A stretch of DNA of 63,021 nucleotides, the filler included, from Asterionella formosa (lineage: Eukaryota): assembly GCA_002256025.1 (NCBI GenBank). It is 10 parts of 10 records of this genome, joined end to end, with 100 filler letters (N's around TTAATTAATTAA, not from the genome) between each part and the next. Parts side by side here need not be neighbours in the genome. Positions count along the whole stretch, not along the records: positions 33,181 to 58,171 come from NKIB01002108.1; positions 58,272 to 59,788 come from NKIB01002109.1; positions 59,889 to 61,405 come from NKIB01002110.1; 7 more parts are not named here. The stretch is one strand, 5' to 3'. Below, piece by piece: positions 48,933-61,405 of the stretch. A program made the translations under genes and the position numbers. The notes under the pieces are model-generated. The model was not told the DNA's origin and ran no database searches. It saw only the letters and a list, made by a program, of their open reading frames with translations. Within the stretch, counting starts at the first letter, position 1. Every line of letters starts with the position of its first letter.

Positions 48933-51374
48933 GCTCTTGTTTCCTTGTTGTACATCTGGTACTACGCACCCAAATATTTTACATGTGCAGAAAAGAAAAC
49001 ATAATATTTTCTATTTTTAGGTATTTTGTATTTACCGGCATGGCTACTTTGATGATCACGGTACCAGGTACCAACCGACAAATCCCTCATACTGGTAGGC
49101 GCTAGTATATTATTATTTAGCGAAAATGATTTGAAATATTCAACCAAAATTTTTACCAAAACGTCGTCATTTAATTCTTCATTAGGTGGATACGCCATCT
49201 CTTGAATGCATGCTTGAATAGCTACATTGATTGTGAAATCTGATAAATCTACCCAGCAGTCCAATACGCTTTTTGCAAAATCATTTCTGAAAATGCACAA
49301 TGAGTTAGTTCAGGGAATGCGGGATTACTTTTTCTGACAAAATATTTAGCAAATCAAGAATTATTTATGTCAAGTTTCTATGTAATTTTGTAATGTCTTT
49401 TCTTTTTAGATTTCATGATAACAGATAAATCGACAATGGACACAGTGACTCAGACGAAGATAGACAGGAAGTATATACACTGGCAAGCAAACAATATATA
49501 TATATGGCGGCAATGTATAGCAAACCAGCAGGTATGACCAAAACAATTGTTTCTCAATTACTTTGTATTGAATGGAGCTAATGTAATTGTTACAATTCGC
49601 GTTTTGCAGGTTTTTGTGGTTTGATGGTGCCTCAACTTAATTCATGCTCCAACATTTAAGCAAACAAGCAGAGCAATATGGATCTTTTTTTGCCAGCTGA
49701 CTAAGCAATCATGCTCAATCCATGCATGTTTGTACTGGATTTTAGTTAGCAGTATGTGGGGCAACTCAATCCAAGTGCATGTGCATCCTCCTATTGAACA
49801 AAAGCCAAGGCCATTTAAGCCTCCGGTCATACTGCATTAAAGTGCATTTCTATTGGTTTAAAATATGGCTCGCGCTGGCAGCATCTTGCCTACCTGTGTA
49901 CCAGGGTATAGGTTAACTGGATTACAAAAGTTTGCCATATGTTTGTGTACTGTACTTGACTGTCATCTAGAATAAAATACCGGACCCTGGCTGTGACAAT
50001 GATATCAACATACTTCTGTTACCAGTTACTAGTAGTACCTGGTAGTGACATAGTATGCAGAACAAACAAGCACGGTATGAGTCTCAAGTTTGAAGACTGA
50101 AACGTGATGTACCTGTCCTGGCATCTGAGGAGTTCTATTTGCACACAATGAGATCTCCATGTGTATACCACCGGCTTGGTATCATACATAGGTAAATTTG
50201 GTTTTGTACTGCCATAATACTAGGGGGTCAATGAATAGCTCATCGTCTCTGTTTTGACCATGATGAACTCATCGGACTCAATATCTCCACAAAAATTGAC
50301 AATGAATCATTCCTGTTTAGCATGCATATCTAGCCTAACATAGACGAGATAATCGTTCAATAAAAATAGTCTTTGCACTTAGTATATTATATTGGTCAAT
50401 ATTTGCTCATTTTGAAGATATAACCAAAGTAGAGACATCATTGAATCCGTAGTAGCTCGCTTCATAACTTATGCTATATGATAATAAAATTATGAGAAAA
50501 TTCGAGAAAATAGGATCTCGGAAAGGGCGCAACAGCTCAAAATGCAAGAAACTACATCAGCATATGCATATTTTTGTACTGACTTTCATGTATGTACCTC
50601 ATGTCATGGTTCATATTCCTATGGAATCTTGAATAGGTCATTTCGAAGTGATGTATAGACATGCAACAATATGCTACTTGTTCTTCACACCACTAAATTT
50701 TTCGCTGCTAAAATGTTAACGCTAATTCCCCTGACTGACGGTTTGTGCATTTTCAGAAACTTTCCCTTGGGTTTGTCTCCCTGTGACCTTGCCTCGTCGC
50801 ATTTCTTATCCAACAGTTGTATTTCCGGAATTGCGCTACCAATAACCCGTCGCACACGATTTTTCCAGAAACTTCCTAACCAGCCTCAGCTATTTTTGGG
50901 GACCATCCATATCCAAAAAATTTCGAGATGCCTTCTTGTGTTCTGAATGTAAAACTATAATGGTAACTTGGTGATCAATGTTGTCCGCTTCTTGTTGCAA
51001 AGTTTGAACTCAATGACCATCCCCATTTCTGTCCACTTCATGCATCTCTCCTAGTAGTTCACAAAAAAATTAGATTATGATAAAATTGAAATTAATGGGC
51101 CAGCATGAAATGATTAGAAATTTCTAAATGCCAAATTAGTATTAGTAAAGGAGGCGAATTTGAGTGCCTACAAGTGCCAAATTTCAGTTTTGGCTCAAGG
51201 ACTGCAGCAACCTGATGATGCTGTCATTGATAATGTGGCCATTGTGATGCACTGATGATGGAAAGAAGAATCATCAATTTCTCTTCAAATGAAAAACAAA
51301 GTCATCAAGCCTTCAATATTTCTATAGCAATCTTAATGTGGGACTTTGGACTGCATCTTTTTGCAGATCAAAAA

Positions 51375-53188
51375 TTATTGGAGACCAATATTATTATACC
51401 ATGAGCTTTGATCAAACAGAAAGGTCTTATTTAATGGATCAATCTCAGCACGCATTGGAGGCCACATTCCCCCTTCAACCACAACCACTGTATAGTTGTC
51501 GACACCATTGTATCTTGGTTGAACGAGCCAACCGGATGTACCTATATTGCGATGCAATAAAATTGTTGGAATTTTGTATTCGTTCGCAATTCTGTCTTGG
51601 AGTGGAGAGAAAAAGGGGGAATTGGATTGAATACTAGGATCCGAGTGCGCAAAGATAACCATAACATCGATGTCAATACGATGGATATAGAAGTTCACTT
51701 GGATCCACTCTAAATCGGCCTTCTGCCGCTCCGCCCATTCAGTGGCATTATGAACAGTACCAGCTACCACATTGACTCCAACGAATAGTGCGCGGTTGAG
51801 AGCAAACGCAAAATTTTCCTCATAACCTTGTAGGTCGTGCGCCACATCATAGGTCGTGGGTGCCCAATACTTTTTCTCGTAGTTTGCAAGATAGGAGATC
51901 CAGAAACCAAACGCTTGAGATGGGTCCGGACTGCGAACAGAAACAAGAGTATTAGCACATTTTAGCCTCCAGAGTCAACCATTCCATAATTGAACATAAA
52001 AGCAGCGTACCAATCATTATATTCATTGTCGGCTGGCACAAAGTAAACAGGAACAGAAGTCAAAGAGTACAAGGCATCAACATCTTGATAGGATTGCTCG
52101 TTACATCCCGTCGCAAACGGCGAATTCCAATCCCCCACGTTAACCATGAATGAATTTCCCTCATCGGGTAAAGTCGACAGCAAAGTTGAATACTGAGTCA
52201 GTGCACTACTTTGGGGGCGACCACCTGTGACATAAAACACAGTAGGCATCGCTACTCCCTGGACGACAGTTGGCGTAGAAGAAGGAACAACAGAAGGAAG
52301 GAATGAAACTACCGGTCTTGCGACAGGGACACTCGTCACGGGGGCGTTTGATGGTGTCAACGTCGAAGAAAAACTTGGAAAAGCTGTGGCTACACGAGAA
52401 GGTCGGAATGAAAGCGCAACTGTCGGGGCATCTGAAGACAGTGACGGAGAAACGGTTGAAAACGAGAGTGATTTTGACGGAACACCAGTGGGTGAAACCC
52501 AGGGAATAACAGAGGGTTTGCTTGTTTTTTTCGTGACTGGCATGCCTGATGGCTGTGAAAGGGCTGGAGCAAATGTTGGCAATGGCGGAGGAGTAGCATT
52601 GTCGGCGGGAAAGGGAGTTGAAGGTGGAGCAGCAACCGAAAGGGATGGAGAAGTTGAAGGTCTATCTGTCAGTGTTACTGGAGGCGAGCTGTCAAGAGAT
52701 CCCTTGGAGGAGCTCGTCGAGCTGTTGACATCAGATTTTGTCAAACCGGCTGCCACGACAATCAAGACGACAGCCCCAACAAACAAGGCCATACTTAGAA
52801 CAATGACACCCTTGAGCCACGGCTTCGCATCAGCAATCCAAGTGGGAAGACAACCCGATGCTCCTCCTGGGCTTTCGTCGGAAGCCGCTTTCACTTGTTC
52901 TGCTTGCGATCCTTTTATATCCCCAATTGTCGTCCCGATTGGATCAACAGGTGCATCACCAGCCCCAACAATGCGAATGGCACTCGGTGCCACTGCGGCA
53001 CCACCGTAGACAGAAGTGTTGATGCTAGAAATGTCATCGCTGTCTTGATAGTTGGCGTCTCCAGGAAGCTGGACCGACTCTCCATTCAATGAAACTCCAT
53101 CTCCTCCCAGGAGCGATGTAATTCCATGAATACTCGGCTCCTCGTCGTCATTTGATGAGTTTCTATCTCGTCCAATTCTTCCCAACAT
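51375..53188 (-). CDS. Type II membrane protein with Pro/Ser/Thr stalk and C-terminal calcineurin-like metallophosphoesterase-fold domain, spliced
   Basis: Intron 51931-52010 (GTACGC..TTCGCAG) gives PADNEYNDCPDPSQAFGFW. TM WLKGVIVLSMALFVGAVVLIVVAA, PS/PT repeats, VNVGDW, ENFAF..LFVGVNVV, IFAH. Confidence 0.8.
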
Positions 53189-53983
53189 GGCGCTGTTCGT
53201 ACTCGATAGAGAAATCTGACGGCGAAGGATAGCAATAACAAGAAATAGCGATGATCGTGCCAAATCGGCAGCCTCCTTTGCACCTGGGTGCTGAAAACTC
53301 AACAAGATTATGAGTAGAAACAGAATTACTGTCAGTCCAGTCCCTTCAATGTGTATCCATAAATTAAATAATTCATGATGTTGCCCGCACTTCCATGTAG
53401 TGTGTCCGCTATTGAGGTGCTACATAGGTACCCAGGTGCTGGCGAATTTAATTACGACAACAAGCCGGGCGTGGCGGCAGGGGAGACTGGCGGGGAAAGA
53501 TAATGGCGCCCAATTCATTTGACTAATGATACTAATTTAATACCGGTAGTCTAACTATACATGCCGCGGATATGTGCACCCGTACCATCGAGTGAATTTA
53601 AAAAATACACTATGTAATACATAAACCGGAATGTAAAACATCAACCCAACAAGTTTCTTCAAAAATACAATGTATGAAATGTAGGGCATCTCTCATATCA
53701 TTTGTAGAGGCGCACGTGTGTATGTATTAAAAGAATGAAGAAAACGTTGGAGTGGTACCGGTACCTGGTAACCAAACTCGTGCATTTAGGAACAATGATT
53801 TTAGCATTGGCACTTGCATAGCGAAAAGAATATTTTGAGTTAGAATAAAGAACTTTTGCAAAATATAGAAAGTGATCACCAATCAGATTTGTGATAACTC
53901 AAAACTACAAGCTCCAATAGCTGTTGGCACTGGATTTTCCAAAATATGCTACTCCTGGAGTCACTGACCTTTATTGGTCTTCA

Positions 53984-54757
53984 TTAAGATGGGGAAATCT
54001 TTGGTGGATGGCTCAGATGGTTCTTTGAGTGAGTTGGAACCATGGAAGAAATCATGACTACCGGAGCTGATGTTGGAGCATTTGTCAAAGCAATTCTTGT
54101 AGGAGAGTGAAAGCCCATACCACCAATCGGGCTTCTTGATATGTTCACCCCAGCAATAGTAACAATTCCACAGACAAGCAATAAAATACCAAAAAGAAGA
54201 ACTAGCTTGAGCAATGGATGCGCTCCAGTGATCCAACCAGGAATACAAGAATTTCGACATTTACGTGACTCTACTGCGTCCCTTCCACCTTTAGTTGCCT
54301 TACATGCATCGTCAGTAGATCCCATTGGAACATTTCGAACATCCGATACACCGCTTTCAAAATATACTGATGTACTAACGCTGCAAATGTCGAGAGACAT
54401 GTCGTCGTTGTCATAAGAAATTTCTTCTCGTCGATGAAGCTGGAGTGACCCTTGATTCAGAGAAATTCCATCGATTTGTCCGAGGCCCAAACCGACTCCT
54501 TGTATGTCCCCGAGGCTGCCACCTTCTGTGGCACTGCCTTCAGATATAGACGTTGCAATACTGAAAGCGTCATCTATATCATGAAAAGCTGAGTCTCCTG
54601 GAGGCTGAAACGATTCTCGTGTATGCAATAATATTTCATCCCCTCTTGCCACAAGAGTTTCATGATCATTATGAAAGTTCAATTTTTTGTCACATACTGG
54701 TATAACACCTCGTCGACTGGTGCTTCTACCTTCTCTAACAAATCCTCGTCCTAACAT
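53984..54757 (-). CDS. Truncated paralog of the adjacent TM/PT-stalk protein, no enzyme domain; possible pseudogene
   Basis: Shares the MLGR start, an acidic/Ser N-terminus, S.STSVY, and CIPGWITGAHPLLKLVL vs CLPTWIADAKPWLKGVI before the TM. Stops after APTSAP. Confidence 0.65.
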   Translation of the reverse strand: MLGRGFVREGRSTSRRGVIPVCDKKLNFHNDHETLVARGDEILLHTRESFQPPGDSAFHDIDDAFSIATSISEGSATEGGSLGDIQGVGLGLGQIDGISLNQGSLQLHRREEISYDNDDMSLDICSVSTSVYFESGVSDVRNVPMGSTDDACKATKGGRDAVESRKCRNSCIPGWITGAHPLLKLVLLFGILLLVCGIVTIAGVNISRSPIGGMGFHSPTRIALTNAPTSAPVVMISSMVPTHSKNHLSHPPKISPS

Positions 54758-55345
54758 TGCTACAAATGATCTCCTCTGAATTTGTATAAATGGGTTGAAA
54801 AGGGAAGAAACTCGAAAGTCTTTGCAACTAGACTCGTGTTAACTATTTTACAGTCGTGTCCAAAGCCAGAAGTGATGCTGCCTTCGCCGTTTCCACGACC
54901 CACAAGTTTAAACCGTGTTACATTGTTTACTGAACGAGATATCTGCGATAAAATGTAAATAAGTGACCAGGTGTTGTGTTTTGTATCATACCCGTAGATA
55001 TGTACATATGTTAAAAAGTGAGAGTCTATCGTTAGCTAATATCAATGAGACAACTACCGTAATTCACTCTTACATATTTGAAATTTCTCCATATTACACT
55101 CGCCACCCAAGACTGCCTGACCTATTGATTGGGTGATGGCTATAAAATAGGCGGTAATTATTTGAATCAAGTCGCTATAGTGTACCGGTAGTCTATTACC
55201 TGTAGGTTGAAAATGAATTTTTTAAGTACTAATAATCGCTAGTCTACTACATTTGTCATCTATGAGGATCTTCCGAGAGAACACACATTGACTGGGTATC
55301 TAGCTACATTCCCTTAGCCCCCCTGGAAACTAGAAAAGACAATAT

Positions 55346-56968
55346 TTATCCTGCAAATCTGAAAAATAACAGCACCAGTACACTCCACAATCCTACGGTC
55401 ACAAGATCGGCTCGTCGCATAATGACAGCAAAAGGAACATTGGGATCCATCATTTGCAAGATTGCAGGCTTTGCTATGCATCCTTTGCTAACTTTGTGAA
55501 GGAACAGCCGAATCAAAATATTGCAAGACCATAAGAATCGACGACATCTCAGTTCCAGTGATGCTTGTCGATATTGATAAGGTGCACCGTGACGAGCCAA
55601 TCGAATCAACGCTCGACTTTCCGGCAATCGTACTGCTTCATACTCAGCTAGTGCGTCTCCGAGACCGCATCCGCGGGACATGCAATCATCTAGTACTGCC
55701 ACGTCTCCAAGTGCGGAATTGACTCCTTGACCAAGATCAGGAGGGAAGGCATGGATGGCGTCACCAACCAAGACCACCCCATAGCCTTCTGATGAGGAAA
55801 TGGCCAATCCAGAAATGAGCTGACAAGGCGGAAATCGACTACCTTGTGCCTGTGCAAATCGTTTCCACTCGCTGTCCGTAACTATACTATCATCAAAAGA
55901 AAACCGAGGAAAAGCGCGCTGGAACCATGCCTTCATATCGGGCCCGGAGGTAATCTTCCACAGGTCATGATTGGGCAATGTGCAAATGACACACGACCTC
56001 ATGGCAGAGCTGCTTCGCATAGGTAGGAGCACAAGTGATATTTGATCGGTAAATCCTGTGTTGACGGAGCGAATTTGATAGTTGGCAGTGCTATTTACTG
56101 GGAGCGTACTTCCGTCACCGACGGGTATCAAAAAGTTCGGTTCGAGTTGGAGTGTTTTGACACGGAGCCCGACCGATGGAGTTTTCCACGCTCTGGGGAC
56201 GAATGCGTTCGCAGTTGAGTATCCCCTCCATCCTTCAAAGAGAGCATGGGAAGTTGCGAGTTGATTGCGGACTCTAGAGTTGAGCCCATCGGCTCCAACC
56301 ACGAGTTTTCCTTGGTATGATAGTTTTACACTATCTCCATTTTCTCCATCGCTTGTGCAATCAACTTGCAAACCATCAAGACACGGAGTGAAATTTTCAA
56401 ATTTAACACCAAAGTGCAGCTCAATATTCTGTTCCTTGCTCACTTCGGTCAGAAACAGCTTGACCAACTCATGCCGGGGAATCCAGTACAAAATACCAAT
56501 GCGTTCTTTTTCTTCTTTCGACATGGGCCGGCTAAAGGGCACATTGGTAAAGCATTCGTTCGGGTCTCCGGGGACTGTAAGAATTTGAAACTGCTGTACC
56601 GGGACACCAGTAGTTTCCAGTCCGCGTTGCAGGGCAGGGAAGCGTTGCGTTAGAACTTGTCCTCGTCCATTAATATTGTACAAATATGCCATGGTTGGAT
56701 CGTAGCCTGCTATCGTAGATTCTGCCGATGCTTCCAATACCGTCACATGATAGCTGTGATTCCGAGCCAACACTAGAGCTGTAGCTAATCCAGCAGGGCC
56801 TGCTCCGACAACGATCGCTCGATTGTTGGTTGGTGCGTTCCCTGAGTTGCTGAATGACGAAGGCCCCATCGATTGTTTGCCATCGTAATGTGGGGCGGTG
56901 CCAAATCCATTCGTCGGCAAAACACAGTAACACCAGAGGAGCAAGTAGATAAAAGCGACCGGCGCCAT
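55346..56968 (-). CDS. FAD-dependent monooxygenase (kynurenine 3-monooxygenase-like family) with bipartite-type presequence
   Basis: GAGPAG, VVGADG, LVGDAIHAFPPDLGQGVNSALGD. Signal peptide MAPVAFIYLLLWCYCVLPTNG followed by F; C-terminal hydrophobic anchor. Confidence 0.88.
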   Translation of the reverse strand: MAPVAFIYLLLWCYCVLPTNGFGTAPHYDGKQSMGPSSFSNSGNAPTNNRAIVVGAGPAGLATALVLARNHSYHVTVLEASAESTIAGYDPTMAYLYNINGRGQVLTQRFPALQRGLETTGVPVQQFQILTVPGDPNECFTNVPFSRPMSKEEKERIGILYWIPRHELVKLFLTEVSKEQNIELHFGVKFENFTPCLDGLQVDCTSDGENGDSVKLSYQGKLVVGADGLNSRVRNQLATSHALFEGWRGYSTANAFVPRAWKTPSVGLRVKTLQLEPNFLIPVGDGSTLPVNSTANYQIRSVNTGFTDQISLVLLPMRSSSAMRSCVICTLPNHDLWKITSGPDMKAWFQRAFPRFSFDDSIVTDSEWKRFAQAQGSRFPPCQLISGLAISSSEGYGVVLVGDAIHAFPPDLGQGVNSALGDVAVLDDCMSRGCGLGDALAEYEAVRLPESRALIRLARHGAPYQYRQASLELRCRRFLWSCNILIRLFLHKVSKGCIAKPAILQMMDPNVPFAVIMRRADLVTVGLWSVLVLLFFRFAG

Positions 56969-57315
56969 GTTGCGTTCTGGAGCTAACGTGAACACATGGA
57001 CTGTGAGGTTCTTGTATTCAGCAACAACGCAAGAAATGTCATGTCGTGCAGGAAATGACCGATAAATATGTACCGGGTACACATGTAGGTATTGATCAAA
57101 ACTGTATGCCGGAGGCATACCGGTGCTGCACTGGGAGGGATACATTCGTCGAATGCACACAGGTCGGTACTTGGTACCGGTGTGGACGACCAATTTTTTT
57201 ACGTTGCTTCATTTTCTTGGTACCCTGGTAGCAGGCACTAAAGGATCTGTTGGTATTTGGTATCAATCCATCGAGCATATTACCGGTGGTCTTGGTACCA
57301 GGTACCAGTACCAGG

Positions 57316-58171
57316 TGAGCAATCCTGCACATCGATACAGATATATATAGAGTTAGGGTTATATCAAATACATCAGAATTCAATAATGAGAGAACCCGAC
57401 TAACATCCATTCTATACTTTGATGACAGTTCAGGAAATGAGTTGTACATTAGGATTAATTTATAAGCTCATATTTTCAATAAATACTACTACTTCTAGTT
57501 AGATACTTCACTTTGAATTCAAAAAGAGTCGAATTAGAAGACAACAAACATGGCAATGTATTCAAGGGTTCCTGTGATTCCTTTGATCAAAGACTACAAT
57601 GTATTGACTATCAAGACTAAAACATTCAGAGTTGCTTTAACCGGTGAAAGGTTTGAATCGTTTGATCAAGATATGATCGATGGAAGCTCGGTGGAAGCAT
57701 TGTTAATTGGAGTGAGTCAATTTCGTGACATGGCTAACACTTGTGCCTTTAGCCCTGCAGATACCTTTTCCTACTTTAAAAGGTGTTTGACCGACATTGC
57801 CTTATCGGATTGGTTGAATGTGGAAGTACACCCAGAAGATCAATCTTACGATAGTTTCGATGAAGCGATGGTTTTATGGTTAGACGATTGTTTACCAAAC
57901 GAGAGTTTTCAACATCAACAACAATGGATGCTACCCTTTTCTATGTTGGTAATGGATTTCGGAGCTTGTATTAAAACTTCAAACAGGCTACTTCAACTAA
58001 TGCCTCATCCAGAAGATCAAGTTGGATTGTCAAAAGAAGATATGCGGATTATCATTATCCGTTCTATGCCCGATGAGTGGCAACAAGAGTTTGAATTGAA
58101 TCATGCAAAGACTTCAGACCAATCGATTCGCTCGGTTCTCGCTTACTTCGAGAGTCAACAATCGTTTAAGG
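57316..58171 (+). mobile_element. 5' LTR (57316-57510) plus gag ORF (57550 to gap) of a Gypsy-like retrotransposon
   Basis: TGAG..TTCA LTR with a reverse copy at 62337-62512. Gag-like ORF (FKRCL..W..F..A..NRLL.LMP..MP.EW) cut by the gap. Confidence 0.7.
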
Positions 58172-58461
58172 NNNNNNNNNNNNNNNNNNNNNNNNNNNNN
58201 NNNNNNNNNNNNNNNTTAATTAATTAANNNNNNNNNNNNNNNNNNNNNNNNNNNNNNNNNNNNNNNNNNNNTTTGGAATTGGAATCACTATTGCCAGCAC
58301 GATGACGTATGTAGGACTAAAGTTTGGATACTGCTCGTTTAGCAAAATTACCGCAACTTGCCGGTATGCTGAGTACCCTGATACCAGGTACCTGGTACCG
58401 GTACAACCATCTTGCTTCATGTGCATATTTTTATGCATCATCACGCACATCCCGGCCTTTC

Positions 58462-58672
58462 TACGACTAATCAGAGTTGATTTTTCAACCAAAAAGGGAG
58501 TACAAAATCAACCGTCAATGCAACCGGGTTGATTTTTTCTTTGTTGTACAATACTGTATTTTCTCGTGATCAAGTACGGAAAAATACCGTCAAGGTATTT
58601 TACCATCCGCAGTAGAACGATACTTGAGGCCTACAGAAAAATACAACCTGGGTTGATTTTTACAAGTAATAC
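58462..58672 (+). repeat. About 210-bp MITE-like dispersed repeat, copy 2
   Basis: TACGACTAATCAGAGTTGA..TTGATTTTTACAAGTAATAC with internal CAACC/GGTTGA motifs. Confidence 0.8.
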
Positions 58673-58722
58673 GAACGTACCCGAAAATAAATCAACTCTC
58701 AGCGCAACCGTTTATGGCCATA

Positions 58723-58991
58723 CATATAGTCGTAGCTGTGTACTGCACTGGTAGTTAACTAGCCCCTTCGACAAAGCTCGCGATGTACATATACCGGTAC
58801 TTGAGTACAGGGTAGACTGGGTACCAGGTACCAGTACATATAGTCGTAGCTTTGTTGTGCACCGGCACCTTCGACAAAAAAGCTATGTAGCGATGTACCG
58901 GTACTCGTTTAGACTGGGTACCAGGTACCTGGTACATAAAGTCGTCGCTATGTAGTGCAGTGGTAGTTAACTAGCACCTTCGACAAAGCTC
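58723..58991 (+). repeat. Degenerate minisatellite, about 100-115-bp unit x2.5
   Basis: CATATAGTCGTAGCT..CCTTCGACAAA..GCGATGTAC..TAGACTGGGTACCAGGTACC repeated. Confidence 0.8.
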
Positions 58992-59888
58992 AGTATATAT
59001 ACTGCCTTGTATAGAGTGGGTAATACCATCACCTCTAATAGCTTTGTCATGAAATGAAATCCCTTGTTGTACCTCCCCAGTTTTCTAGTAATATGCATGT
59101 TAACATGCAAACCATGAAACTACTAGGAGATAAAATAGTTAATAACAATTGAGGTACTAAACAAGCAAAGTAAATACTAAAGACATTGCAAATTTCAAAA
59201 TTTCAATGAAATTATTTAAACACACAGTAGTGAATGCCCACCAGTGCAACAATCTTTTATCAGATGCATGAGTATGTATGTCACTGTTTGGTCTTGGCCA
59301 TATGGCTCATAAATTCGGTCTATTGCTGTGTTTGCAGGAGTAGTATCACCAGCACAAACTAGCATTGCAACTGTCTCCCACAGAATTTAGCACCAGCAGT
59401 AAATAAATTTCAGTCTACTCCTTTCAACCCTTGTAAATAGCCTTTCTGGCTTTTGCCCTCCAATCCCAACCTCCCATTCCTGTCAAAGAACAACTAGCAT
59501 CTTTGGTGTCTTAGCCACTACTATTGTACTAGACTGGATCAACAGCCATTTTACTTTCCAAATCGTTTTACTTTGGGTTAAAGTACTGAAAGACTATTTA
59601 GGTTTAAGCAAATGATGGAATCTAATTTAATCAAGACAACGTTAAGCAATATTTTTCTTAAACTTTGTAGACAAGCATGCACAGTCCTTAATTCATATGT
59701 AGATGACTGCATGTGTCACTACAGAAGGAAAGAGATTTACCAGCATTAGTCTACTGGTACTATGTTAACAATATGCTGGTAATAACAGNNNNNNNNNNNN
59801 NNNNNNNNNNNNNNNNNNNNNNNNNNNNNNNNTTAATTAATTAANNNNNNNNNNNNNNNNNNNNNNNNNNNNNNNNNNNNNNNNNNNN

Positions 59889-61405
59889 GGCCTTGGCATA
59901 AGCTCTGGCCCGTCGGGCACCCGCCAAGGCACACATTGGCAACATCCGTGCCTCCTTCCACAGGCCTACTGATGGCACATCCCCTGCCCTCCTGGCTCCA
60001 ATGCTAGCCCTAAGGCATCGGTTCAGAAGAACCTGCATTTTGTCCGTAAGGTGACGGTTCATACCATACAGCTCAGCCCCAAAAAGGAGGCGGGGGGCAA
60101 CTACTCCTGCAACAGTCAGCAAACGCATGGCCATTGGTACCACCGGGCACCGTAGAAACGGTACCAAGGTGGCAACTGTGGCCCGCCCTTGCTTGACTCT
60201 ATGGTCCACCATAGACGAGATAGACAGACCTGGTGTCATGAGGACACCCAGATACATATATCTGTCCACAACAGGGAGTGGAAGTCCCTCCAGTTCCAGT
60301 CCGGCCACATCTTGTCCAGGGACAAGCGGTTCGGTGGCCGGGTCTGGGTCTGGCGGTAGGAATTCCATCAGCCCACACTTCCCTATGCCCACACTCATCT
60401 CGTTAGCTGTAACCCAGTTGGTAACGTGCGTACAGAACCGTTTGGCCGCCTCCAGGGAGGGGCAGATTCCGGCCGCATCATCAGCAAAAAGGGTACATCC
60501 CACTGTCAGTGTGGGTGTGGAGTTCCGCCATGTGCGACTGTCCCCAGTTGGTACCAGGGCACCGCTCTCCTCCGTCCCCACTGCCAAGTCATCAATGAAG
60601 ATGTTGAACAGTATAGGCGAAAGAGGGCAACCCTGCCGCACACCTCGCAACAGTCTGCAGGGGTCCGAGTACAGGGCAGTCAAGCCACCCCCCACTCGTA
60701 CCCTGATTGTACTGCTGCGATAAAGGGCACGTAGAAAAGCAAGGCAACGTCCCCTGATCCCAAACCTGGATAGTTTCGCAAAGAGCGCCTCGTGGGGCAC
60801 CGTATCATATGCCTTCTTGAGGTCTACGAATACCACGTAGGTCGGCTCTCCCACTATCCTCCGGCGTTGTATGATTTCCATGACACAGGCTACCTGGGTT
60901 ACACATTCCTCTCTCTGGCGAAAGCCAGCCTGGGCTCGGCTAAACAGCCCTCGAGATTCCGCTTCCACATTTATCCTGGTACCAAGGATCACACACACCA
61001 CCTTGAGGACAGTGGCCATGAGCGAAATCCCCCGATAGTTGTTCATATCAGCCAAGTCCCCTTTCTTAGGTATTGAGACGACCAGTGACTCAGCCCACGA
61101 CTGGGCCACCAGTCCCCTCTCATACGCAAAGTTGAGTAGGGTTCCTAGTGAGTCCGTCATTGGAGCGGATGGTGGCGGGGCGGGCTCCTCTTCCCGATAG
61201 TTTTGAAGGTGGGAAAGTAGGGCCCGTTCCTCCGCCAAACATGCCTGTAGCAGTTCAGTGGGTATCCCGTCACCGCCCGGAGCACGATGGCTCTTCATCT
61301 TCCTCAGGGCAGTCCAAATATCGGAGGTTGTGAAGGGTTCGTCCAGCGAACGGATCCCCTCATTTGCCTGTGGGTGCGGGTCAAATTTCTCCCAATATTG
61401 GGCCT
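59889..61405 (-). mobile_element. LINE reverse transcriptase, uninterrupted reading frame between two gaps
   Basis: RAPGGDGIP, IPKKGD..NYRGISL, QAGFR, FVDLKKAYDTV, GVRQGCPLSPILFN, LFADD, YMYLG. Visibly GC-richer than the flanks. Confidence 0.93.

Noticed and set aside
52386..53009. Plus-strand 207-aa ORF and similar antisense ORFs over real genes
   Set aside because: Shadow frames of the opposite-strand CDS.
58723..58991. CRISPR-like repeat-spacer array
   Set aside because: Whole units are homologous (a minisatellite), the context is eukaryotic, and there are no cas genes.
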